A DNA stretch of 62,984 nucleotides, counting the filler, from Stramenopiles sp. TOSAG23-3 (Eukaryota), in NCBI GenBank assembly GCA_900128585.1. It is 10 parts of 10 records of this genome, joined end to end, with 100 filler letters (N's around TTAATTAATTAA, not from the genome) between each part and the next. Parts side by side here need not be neighbours in the genome. Positions count along the whole stretch, not along the records: positions 21,666 to 32,377 come from LT642794.1; positions 32,478 to 43,185 come from LT642795.1; 8 more parts are not named here. The stretch is one strand, 5' to 3'. Positions 28,986-38,771 of this stretch are shown in pieces. A model generated the notes under the pieces. The model saw only the letters and a program-made list of their open reading frames with translations, searched no databases and was not told the origin of the DNA. How positions within the stretch are numbered: position 1 is the first letter of the stretch; every line of letters begins with the position of its first letter. The position numbers were made by a program, and so were the translations under genes.

Positions 28986-30572
28986 ATGGCAGCATCGGCG
29001 GAAGTGTGGGGCACGCTAAAGGGGTCGAACGGGGCGAGTAGCGGCGGTGGCGGCGCCAGCACTAGCAATGCGCCGGGCGCGTCCTTACCCTCCTCTGACA
29101 CTAACGTCAACGCCTCGACACATGGGTTGGGGACGCTTGGAGTGAGCCCGGCAGCGTCTTTCCCGGACGCCCCGGTCCCGGAGAACGGCCACGACGAACG
29201 GCAGAACAAGCGGAAGCGACGGGACGGCGGGGAGCAGGGCGAGGGGGGCAGGGAGGCGTCCGACCGGGAGAAGGAGCTCGAGACCCGCCTGATCAACGAG
29301 GAGTACAAGATATGGAAGAAGAACACCCCATTCCTCTACGACATGGTCATGACCCATGCGCTCGAGTGGCCCTCGCTCACGTGCCAGTTCCTCCCAACGG
29401 TGTCCTCCAGCGAGGGAAGTTGCTACAAGACCCACAAGCTCCTCCTAGGGACGCACACCTCGGGGGCGCAGAACTCCCTCTTGGTCGCGTCCGTGCGCTT
29501 GCCCAAGGACGAGGGGTCCGTCGGCATCACCGCAGCGGAGCAGATGCGCCAGGGGGAAGATTACCGGTCCGTCGACGAAAAGGTCACGATCGACCAGCGG
29601 ATAAACCACCCGGGCGAGGTCAACTGCGCCCGGTATATGCCCCAGAACACGTCCATTGTGGCGACCAAGGCCGTCTCCTCGGACGTCCTCGTCTTTGACC
29701 TGCGGGAGCACCCCGAGGAGCCGGCCGACAAGATCGTCCGCCCCCAAGCCGTCTGCAAGGGGCACAAGTCGGACGGGTACGGCCTGGCGTGGAACCCGAA
29801 CAAGGCCGGCCAGCTCCTGAGCGGCGCCGAGGACCACCTCGTCTGCATGTGGGACAACATTGCCCAAATGTCGTCCGGCAGCACCGTCGGCCACGGGGCG
29901 GCCAGCGGGCTGGACGGCGCCCGGGAGGTCCAAGGGACGCTGTACAAAGGGCACCAAGGGGTCGTCGGCGACGTGGCCTGGCATAAGATGACGCCCTCCA
30001 TCTGTGCGTCCGTGGGCGACGACAGGGCTTTGCTGTTCTGGGACATTCGAAGCAGCGGGGGCGGCCGAAGCAGCAAGGGGGCGAAGGGCCCGACCTTGCA
30101 GAAGCAGGGCGCCCACGACAAGGAAGTGAACGCGTTAGATTTCTCCCCCTTCGACGAGCACTTCCTCCTGACCGGCGGGAGCGACCACGTCGTCAAGCTA
30201 TGGGACACGCGAAAATTGGAGGCCCCCGTGTACTCGTTCCGCGGCCACGCGAGCGAAATTTTCAACGTTCAGTGGTCTCCTCACCTGGAGAACATGTTCA
30301 TGAGCGGGTCCTCGGACCGCCGGGTGTACGTGTGGGACATTGCACGGGTCGAGACGGAGCAGAGCGAGGTGGACGCGGAGGATGGCCCCCCGGAGCTATT
30401 GTTCATCCACGGGGGGCACACGAGCCGGGTCTCGGATTTGGCATGGAATTTGAACGAGGAGTGGGTGGTGGCCAGCGTGGCGGATGACAACATATTGCAA
30501 GTCTGGGCCATGGGGGAGAATATCTACAACCCAGAGTACGACCTGGGCATTGCAGGAAACGTGGGGGACTGA
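28986..30572 (+). CDS. RBBP4: Histone-binding WD40 protein RBBP4/MSI1 (CAF-1 subunit C)
   Basis: INEEYKIWKKNTPFLYD..MTHALEWPSLT; DAEDGPPELLFIHGGHT. Confidence 0.97.
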   Translation: MAASAEVWGTLKGSNGASSGGGGASTSNAPGASLPSSDTNVNASTHGLGTLGVSPAASFPDAPVPENGHDERQNKRKRRDGGEQGEGGREASDREKELETRLINEEYKIWKKNTPFLYDMVMTHALEWPSLTCQFLPTVSSSEGSCYKTHKLLLGTHTSGAQNSLLVASVRLPKDEGSVGITAAEQMRQGEDYRSVDEKVTIDQRINHPGEVNCARYMPQNTSIVATKAVSSDVLVFDLREHPEEPADKIVRPQAVCKGHKSDGYGLAWNPNKAGQLLSGAEDHLVCMWDNIAQMSSGSTVGHGAASGLDGAREVQGTLYKGHQGVVGDVAWHKMTPSICASVGDDRALLFWDIRSSGGGRSSKGAKGPTLQKQGAHDKEVNALDFSPFDEHFLLTGGSDHVVKLWDTRKLEAPVYSFRGHASEIFNVQWSPHLENMFMSGSSDRRVYVWDIARVETEQSEVDAEDGPPELLFIHGGHTSRVSDLAWNLNEEWVVASVADDNILQVWAMGENIYNPEYDLGIAGNVGD

Positions 30573-30750
30573 CCGATTGGATTATTATTAAGACATAACG
30601 AGTAATTTATGATAATCACAAAAAATAAATTTATCATATGATATCATATCTTCTGAAAAAACAAATTATATATCATCATACGATATCATACGAAAAGTTC
30701 AGAAAACAAAATATAATGCCCCCCCCCCCCCCCCTCCCCCCCTTCTAAGC

Positions 30751-31815
30751 TTATCGCTCGGTCGCCTGGCTGAAGACTAACATTTGTAGCCACAATCGGT
30801 GTTCTGCCTCCGTACTGCACCGGTACTCTCTTGCCCGCAGGCTTTGGTCCTCGTCATCCAACGGACGGAGTATAAACTGGTGCTGGCCCGCTTGCCCGAC
30901 TTCTACGAATGCCTCGTACGCGGCAACGGAGTAGGTCTTCGTAGCGCTAACATTCGCCGGGGACAGGGTAGTGCCGTGCTTGCGAACGTGCTTAGCGTAA
31001 GTGTTCTCGTTTTTGAACTCGTACATTGTCCCAGACTGAAGGGCAAAATACCGCGAAGTCCACCCCCCAGTCCGCCGTCCACGCTTTTCCAACTTCCCTT
31101 TGTGCCCCGAGCACAATAGAAGGGGGCCGGTGTCCGCTTGCGTTGTCCCCGTCACCCCAATTCCATTTGACGAGCCCTCCACGACCTCTGAGGTGGCATC
31201 GCCACTGGTTGTCACGCTGATCGCCGCATAGTCTTTCTCCAGGTTCCTTAGCGCAGTTTTGTCAAACTTCAATTTACGCCGCATCGACACAATGAACCAA
31301 GTGCTGGTCATAAAACACAGCAGGATGGTTACGCTCGTGGAAATTTCCAGCGCAAATCCCTGACTCGGCTGCTGTGTCTTGTCGTGGTTCATGTACCAGA
31401 ATATGGACATAAAATGGCACATAAAACTGCCAATGCAAATTAAGTATGATCGCATCACGTGCTTGCTTTCTTTCTTGAGGCCGTAATACGCCTTCAAAAC
31501 GGAGCCCTTCGGGCCGCGCAGCGACAGCCCCGCGCCCCAAATGGACGCAAACGTAGAGTTCAGTGAAGTGTGAATCCCCGTGGTGAGTGTGACTGCTGCA
31601 GATATTTCAAATATGTACACCCATGTAAGCGGCACGCCGTCCTCGGCCTGGGACTGAAAGTTTGCAATGCTCCCGCACGTAAAGAATAAAAGAAATGCGG
31701 TCTGCGACCCGACGGACGAAAACCGGTCGGAAAAATACTCCACCTCCTGCCTGCGCAAGTCCAAGGCCGTACGGACCACCTCGGACTCGAGCGCATAGTG
31801 CTCCGCGGAAAGCAT
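30751..31815 (-). CDS. 4-TM membrane protein (possibly Orai-like) with C-terminal PH domain
   Basis: Four hydrophobic helices with GAGLSLRGP.GS loop; GKLEKRG..GWTSRYF.L..EHRLWL PH motif. Confidence 0.7.
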   Translation of the reverse strand: MLSAEHYALESEVVRTALDLRRQEVEYFSDRFSSVGSQTAFLLFFTCGSIANFQSQAEDGVPLTWVYIFEISAAVTLTTGIHTSLNSTFASIWGAGLSLRGPKGSVLKAYYGLKKESKHVMRSYLICIGSFMCHFMSIFWYMNHDKTQQPSQGFALEISTSVTILLCFMTSTWFIVSMRRKLKFDKTALRNLEKDYAAISVTTSGDATSEVVEGSSNGIGVTGTTQADTGPLLLCSGHKGKLEKRGRRTGGWTSRYFALQSGTMYEFKNENTYAKHVRKHGTTLSPANVSATKTYSVAAYEAFVEVGQAGQHQFILRPLDDEDQSLRAREYRCSTEAEHRLWLQMLVFSQATER

Positions 31816-32477
31816 TCCACCCCCACACAACAGACCAGAGCAAACAAACTAGGAAAACGAAACCGTGAATCTAACGTTGTGGTCGTCGGTGTTTTTGTAA
31901 GACTACAGTATTATATGTTCCTACACTCTTTGTTCTATTCTTTCTTCTGTAAACATAATTGTAAAAATGTAAAAATACATATGTCGTATAATAAGTTCAA
32001 TAATAATATTATTATTATTATTATTATATTTTATAATATGATGAAGAAGAATTGAAAAAGAATGATGAATCCAAATTTTAAATATAAATAATGTTTTTAT
32101 GTTTTTATTATATTATTATTTTATAGTCTTAAAACATACTATATATTTTTTTTTTTATTTTATAGTCTACTATTAGCCTATTATTATATGTGATGATATT
32201 GACATTATAATACTACTCTATGCTGTGTCTTCTATTTTTCTGCTGAGGAGGAATGAGGAGTGAGGAGATATTATTTATTATTATTATTAATTAATATATA
32301 GAAAGAAAATTATTATTCATCAGAAGAATGAAGAAAATGGGGGGAAGGAAGGAGAGAGAGTCAGCACAAAAAAAAAANNNNNNNNNNNNNNNNNNNNNNN
32401 NNNNNNNNNNNNNNNNNNNNNTTAATTAATTAANNNNNNNNNNNNNNNNNNNNNNNNNNNNNNNNNNNNNNNNNNNN

Positions 32478-32556
32478 CTTTCTTTCTTTCGACTCTTTCT
32501 TTCGACTCTTTCTTTCGACTCTTTCTTTCGACTCTTTCTTTCGACTCTTTCTTTCT
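32478..32556. repeat. 13-bp minisatellite TCTTTCTTTCGAC
   Basis: About five tandem units at contig start. Confidence 0.9.
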
Positions 32557-33406
32557 ATATAGGAAGAGAGAAAGGCTATTGCTATGTTGTATAATTTAAA
32601 TTATAAGAGGTTACTACGACGGGCGTTGCTATTTTTTTATTAAATAATAATAATCACAAATTTGATTCAAATTTAATAATAAAATATTTATGAGAGAGTG
32701 AATTACCACTACTATTGTATTATAATAATAAATCTATTTGAGTCTTCTATTTCTGCTTTGCTGGGATAACTAGTATATAATTCCTTCTTCTTTTTTTTCA
32801 TTTTTTGAAAATATTACATTTTTTTCTTCTTTTTTTTTTGTTTCGTTTCCTTCGTACTTCTTTTTTGTTTTATTGTATTTAGTCTAGCATAGTATTACAG
32901 TAGTAACGAAGTCGTCCACTTCTTCTACTTTCTATTAATAATATTTTATTTATTTTTAGATCGAAGAAGAAGAAGGTAGAAAAAAGATGTCGTCTATTTG
33001 TATGATGTATGATGTATGATAAAAACTAAATAAAATATAACGTAGTCTATTATATAAATATTATACTCTTAAAATATTTAAATAGGAAAGAAGAATATAT
33101 ATATTATTCGGGGAGAGGAGAGAAGAGAGGAGAGAGGAGGGGGGGGGGGTATAAAATTATTATTACGGTTATTTGTAGCTAGAGTAAGATAGGCTATTTT
33201 GGACTGACGAGGAATAAACAACAACGTAAAATATTTTATGATACTTCTTTTTTTATTACTCTCAAAAAACTAAAAAGATAGATGACGATCCCCATCATTA
33301 AAAGTGACTCGATAACAAATCATACTTTTTTCTCTTTTTTCACGTTTCTTTCAACACAGCTATGCGTGTTTTACGTCTCACATATTTATTACTCTCCTAA
33401 AATCTA

Positions 33407-35770
33407 TCAAGCAAGATAGCGGTACTGTTGAGGGTTGTTCTCCTCTCGTTCCAAATACTCTCTATCGATAAGAGATTCAATTCTCTTTTTAATATCCGAG
33501 CCTTGGGCAGGGAATTTCAACTGGCTCATCGTCTCGGACATCAAGTCCGAGTGCGACATGGTCTTTCTTGTCTTCATGATCCGGACAAGGATGGCATCGA
33601 CAGCGTGCAGCCGGTCGCGAAACACTTTCTCGTTCGTTTCCTTGTTCTCTGCTTTAGTCTCTTTGATCTGGATCTGGTTGATTTTTAGCTTGAACCGACT
33701 GTTCTTAAAGTCGTGCGCAACGATGAAGGAGTCCGAGTCGGCCACCTCCTTCCCCTTAGGGCGCTTCTTGAGCGGGCGGATTTTCCCGCAAGCCAAGGAC
33801 TGCAACGTCCGCTTCAATTCCGCCGGGGTTAGCTTGACCCGGCTCAAAATGTCACCGTACGACATACGGTCGCCCTCTTTGTGCCCGTGGAACAGGAGCA
33901 GGACACTCGCCTGAAACAACGAGACGTTGAACTCATGCCGTTTCCGCCCAAACTGGGCCTTCACCACGCACGTCCCAAGGGAGTGCTGCCAGTACAGCTT
34001 TCGACCCTGGTAGTTTTCGTTGTAAAAGGTCTCGAACACGCGCCGGCCTTCAGCGACGGCCAGCGGAAGGCTCATGTCCAGCGGGGGGTACGTCGGCCAA
34101 AACCCCGTCCGCAGCACGTGCACGTACATCTCGCACGGGGAGCCGGACTCCGTCTGGGACTTGCTGTACTCTTCCGAGTATTTCGAACGGGTGAAGTTTT
34201 GCATCGTTTCCGTCGACAGTGTCATGTCCTTGAACATTCCTTCCAGCTTGGTGGTGAACGCTGCGCCGCACTCCGTCTTTAACTTGCTCACCATGCTCTT
34301 CTCCATTTCCTGAGAGGCTGACTTGTTCAGCAGCAAGCGCTTGGCCAGGTCTTTCTTGTAAAAGGCCTCGAACACGTCCTTTCCGTTGATGTAGCGAAAG
34401 AGGACCATGATCCTGTCCAGCAACGTCTCCATGTCGATCTCTTCGCTTGCCCCCACGCTGAAGGGCTTGGCGTCCTTGGGCGATGGGCCGAGCATGCTAT
34501 CGCTCGAGGAGGACGGCAGGCTTGCCTTCGGCAGGTCAACCCTGCCTGTGCGCAGCCGCTCGTCGATGTACTTGGCGATCATCTCGGCCGGGGTGTTCGC
34601 CCGGCTGTTGATGAACCTCTCGAAGGCACCCTTCAAGGTGTGCGCAAAGGTCTCGTCGCCCTGGAAGGCGGCGGCCAGGATGCGGTCGAGACGGTGCTTG
34701 AAGTCCAGCAGCGACTGAACCATGGCCTTGTCTCGGTGCGGGCTGTTGACGATCTTCCCCCCTGCATTCTCGATGTAGACACCAAATGCTTTCCTCTCCA
34801 GATCGACCCCGTCCACCCGCGTAAACAGGGTGTGCATCAGGCACAGGTCTTCGACTCGGTTCTGGTCCAACAAACTGGAAAACCCTTTCTCGATGATGGT
34901 CTTCGTGTGCTTGCCAAGGAGCTGCTCTTCGACCGAGTGGACCAGGCTTTGCCGGGAGCTCGGGTCCAAATACGTACTTACGCGGTCCACCTCCTCGTGG
35001 AGCCGTTTGCTAACATGCGCTAAATAATCTGGGACGGTCATATGTGACATGCACCGTAGCCCTTCCTCGCCATAAAAGGTGCCCGAGTGCTCCAAAAATG
35101 TTTGCTGAAACAGGCTGTGGTAAATTCCCAGCGTAGAGAGCACTTGGGAAATCCGTCGCATCAGCGTCCGATTCACGCTCTCTCCTTTCCGTTCCCCACG
35201 AATCAGGGCCAACATACTATCGACTAAATATTTTTCTACGTCCGGGGCCCCCGCCAACGACCCCCGGAACAGCGACACTACCATCTCCCAAATCGACCGC
35301 ATCCCTTCGCTACAGTTCTGCAATATGTAAGTGCGGTCTAGGTACAAAAATATCGAACGAATGGCGGCGCTGTGCTGGCAGTGCTTCGACCACATGCTTT
35401 CGAATTGCTGTAAAAAAGCCTCCTCGTCCCCGCCGGAAGCTACTATATCGCCCAGCACGCCGCTCAGTCGTTTCATGATCTCCGACGTTTCTCGCTCAAA
35501 CTCCGTTTTCAGTCTATCGTAGAGGCGGGCGGACATCTTGTGCATGCAAACGTCCTCAGCAGTTCTGTACAAATCTTCCCTACTCGTTTGAATCGGTTTT
35601 TCTTGGAAAATGGCGTCGAGGGCCGACCGAAGCAAGGTCCACGACTCCTCCTCGAACGTTGGCGGGAGCTTCGGTGCACGTTTCAGCGCCTTTATCGTAA
35701 GTTTCTTCACCTTCGTCTTCCCCCCCCTTCGGGACACGGAGTGTTTGTTTGAAAATGAAAGACGGCTCAT
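33407..35770 (-). CDS. CUL4: Cullin-4
   Basis: IRSIFLYLDRTY, GKDVFEAFYKKDLAKRLL, LQSLACGK, IVRIMK-type neddylation site, IKKRIESLIDREYLER. Confidence 0.95.
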   Translation of the reverse strand: MSRLSFSNKHSVSRRGGKTKVKKLTIKALKRAPKLPPTFEEESWTLLRSALDAIFQEKPIQTSREDLYRTAEDVCMHKMSARLYDRLKTEFERETSEIMKRLSGVLGDIVASGGDEEAFLQQFESMWSKHCQHSAAIRSIFLYLDRTYILQNCSEGMRSIWEMVVSLFRGSLAGAPDVEKYLVDSMLALIRGERKGESVNRTLMRRISQVLSTLGIYHSLFQQTFLEHSGTFYGEEGLRCMSHMTVPDYLAHVSKRLHEEVDRVSTYLDPSSRQSLVHSVEEQLLGKHTKTIIEKGFSSLLDQNRVEDLCLMHTLFTRVDGVDLERKAFGVYIENAGGKIVNSPHRDKAMVQSLLDFKHRLDRILAAAFQGDETFAHTLKGAFERFINSRANTPAEMIAKYIDERLRTGRVDLPKASLPSSSSDSMLGPSPKDAKPFSVGASEEIDMETLLDRIMVLFRYINGKDVFEAFYKKDLAKRLLLNKSASQEMEKSMVSKLKTECGAAFTTKLEGMFKDMTLSTETMQNFTRSKYSEEYSKSQTESGSPCEMYVHVLRTGFWPTYPPLDMSLPLAVAEGRRVFETFYNENYQGRKLYWQHSLGTCVVKAQFGRKRHEFNVSLFQASVLLLFHGHKEGDRMSYGDILSRVKLTPAELKRTLQSLACGKIRPLKKRPKGKEVADSDSFIVAHDFKNSRFKLKINQIQIKETKAENKETNEKVFRDRLHAVDAILVRIMKTRKTMSHSDLMSETMSQLKFPAQGSDIKKRIESLIDREYLEREENNPQQYRYLA

Positions 35771-36736
35771 GTTGGTGGTGGAGGAACCGTTGTCAGCACA
35801 AGAATATGCACCGTAGTAGACCGCGAGAAACAAGTCGTACAACACAGACAGGTGGACTTCCTTTCTTTTCGTACTTGTTCTACGTACAATGCACGCATTC
35901 GAAAGTTCTTACCATTCTTTTTGATTCCATTTTTATCTTTTGCATACAACACACACTCCGTTGTTTCCATAATAAAATACTTTTTTTGTTTTGTTTTCTT
36001 CTTCTCTTTTTTTTTTTTTTTTTTAAATAATAAAAATAATAATATTTTTTTATTATATTATTGTTTTTTTCTTCGTCGTCTTCTTCTTCTTCTCTTCTGC
36101 TTCTTCTTCTTACTACTTCTCCGCCCGCGGCCCGCGGCGTGGATGGAACAAATAATAATATAATAAATAATTATTATTATTTTCATCAATAATGGAATAA
36201 TAAAAGTACAATAAAAGTATACAATTATAAAATAATAATAGAACTAAAATAATAAAGAAACAGTAAAAGTATTACATAGGTCGTTTAAACCATATTATTT
36301 ATATACATACAGTATATCTAATATATTACCGACAGGAAACGTACTATTATAATACAAACTATATTTGAATACAACCCTAACAAATGAATGTATACAAGTA
36401 CATATAACTCGTATTCATTAACGCTAGTTTTCCCACCATTCAATTTATATAGGGATACTATTAATGCTAATTAATTACGGTACTAGTATACATATATATG
36501 TACTTATATTTCATAGCATGTATTTATTGAATTAGCGAAATACCTACAACGAACATACCAAGGTAGAAAGGGAAAGTGATTTAATTAATTGAAGAAGATA
36601 CGAATACATACATACGCTAATGCTGTATGGGCTTGTATTTTGTATTGATTTCTTCTTCAGAATTCTTCATAGTATTATTATAGAGAAGATTTGTTGTGGT
36701 TGATGAATCAATCAAGAAGAAAGAAAGAAAGAAAAA

Positions 36737-36792
<56 letters not shown>

Positions 36793-37092
36793 GTCAAAAA
36801 AAAGAAAAAAGAAAGAAAGAAAGAAGAAAGAAGAAGAAAAAAGAATAATGAGGAGTAGTAGTAGATAATACGGTGGTAGAAAGAGACTACTACGGTAATG
36901 ATTTATTATCAATTAAAATATTTGTATTGCAAAGAGAAAGAGAGTGAGACTTATATGTGTGTAGATGAACTTAACATAAACTCAGAAAGAACAGTGGAAG
37001 CAAGGACAAGATTAACCGGTGTTTAAGCGATATATACATTTCTGTACGTATTTTCAACAGTTCATTTACACAACCACAAACGAATAATAACA

Positions 37093-37566
37093 ATGGCAAA
37101 ATCTGTCGCCTGTTTTGTTGGAGGGGAGGAGAATAAAGCAACTATGGAGGGGTTCTTAATGTTCGAGCAAATCTCTGAAGATGCCCCAACGAGCATCTCT
37201 GGGGAATTGAAAGGGCTTGCCCCAGGAAAACACGGTTTGTCGATCAACGTTTACGGCAACCTTAGCCAAGGGTTTGCATCTCTTGGCTCCCACTTCAATC
37301 CGTTCGGAAAGAACCACGGTGGCCCCTCAGAAGAGACGCGTCACGTAGGAAGCCTGGGAAATATAACTGCGAACGAAGAAGGGGTCGCAAAGATTGATAT
37401 TTCTGATAATCTCGTCAAACTGATCGGCCCGCAATCCGTTATTGGGCGATCAATAGCCGTCCATGCTTCCGAAGACGATTTGGGAAAAGGTGGCCACGAA
37501 AATTCGCTAGTTGACGGTAACTCGGGCCCAATCGTTGGCGCCGGCATCATCGGTATTGTGGGATAA
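37093..37566 (+). CDS. Cu/Zn superoxide dismutase-like protein, predicted catalytically inactive
   Basis: SOD1 motifs HFNP, HGGP, RHVG.LGN, IGRS..VH..EDDLGKGG, but metal ligands and disulfide Cys substituted. Confidence 0.9.
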   Translation: MAKSVACFVGGEENKATMEGFLMFEQISEDAPTSISGELKGLAPGKHGLSINVYGNLSQGFASLGSHFNPFGKNHGGPSEETRHVGSLGNITANEEGVAKIDISDNLVKLIGPQSVIGRSIAVHASEDDLGKGGHENSLVDGNSGPIVGAGIIGIVG

Positions 37567-37830
37567 ATACCGGCCGGGCAACTATGCAAATACGGCGGGT
37601 GGGCGAGATGGGGGATAGGGGAGCGTTGGAGTAACGCTTGAAACCCCACGTTGAGTGATTAGGAATCTCCCACGGGGTTCACTTTGCCTAATCCATGCGG
37701 AATTACACTCGCTTTATCTTAATCTTTACTATAAGAACTTCTTGAAATAGATGCTTTCCTCAACCCCCGGCCCGGATGTAATTTTTTAAATTGTGTAAGA
37801 ATTAAATCGTACCAGTACGCACGAATAAGT

Positions 37831-38711
37831 TAAAAACAAGAAAATTGGCTGTTATTTAAGTAATTAAATTTAGCTTCCTCATAAGTTTAAATACACTTTG
37901 GTGGCGCTGAAATGAAAAAGTACGCCCACGAACAGTTTAAAAAACTATATATGCCCACAAACAGTATATAAAAAATACTAAAAAACTAATGATGATAGTA
38001 AGACATAACATATGTTTTAAGACTCTCAAGATTATCCCAATTGTAGAACTGATCTAATTTTGCAACTGCTAAAATTCATATCACTTAAAGTCGCTCGGTA
38101 CCTCCTTTGTCGTTCCTACAATATCGTATCATTCGACCCAGTTCCCAATCATAATCTTCAAAACTTCGCACAATCTCGTCTGGTTGTGTTCCATAATTGA
38201 CTTGTTCAAATGATCGAGAACTATGCTGTGACCCCGATTCTTCATTATCCGGGCTGTTAGTAATTTCCATAGGAAGGCAGTGACTTTTTCTGTTTTTAAA
38301 TTTGTCTGGTTCTGCCATCCTGTACTGGAACTTCACTATTGCCTCGGACGTCAAACAGTATATACTAAATAGATTACATGGCTCTAATATTTAAGTTTTG
38401 TCTTCTGGAATAACAGCCAAGTTTTCGTTTTAAAATAGATTTGCATTAGGTAAACTGCGAACTGAACTCTAAATTTCGAGCTTATCTTTGCTCTTGTGGT
38501 TTCACTAATCACTAGATGGACTCCATGCACAATCTGAATTGGTAGCTGGATTAGCAATGCTGTCAAATGAACCGTAATCAACTTCCTCATCCGATATCTC
38601 ACTCATAGGTGTCTCAATCCTTGTACGATTTTCCAAGCAGCGACTTTAATGTTTTTGAGTTGCTCGTTGTCTGTCTTGTAAACCAAATAACAGCCAATTT
38701 TCTTGTTTTTA
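37831..38711. mobile_element. Putative non-autonomous TIR element (881 bp)
   Basis: Perfect 27-bp inverted repeat TAAAAACAAGAAAATTGGCTGTTATTT at 37831-37857 and 38685-38711; no transposase inside. Confidence 0.55.
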
Positions 38712-38771
38712 TAATAGATTTGCATTTAATTTCTTTTTTATAGTTATATATAGATTTTATTTTGCCGTCTC

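Noticed and set aside
38085-38602. Short ORFs inside the inverted-repeat element as transposase remnants
   Set aside because: No DDE, HUH or RT motifs recognisable
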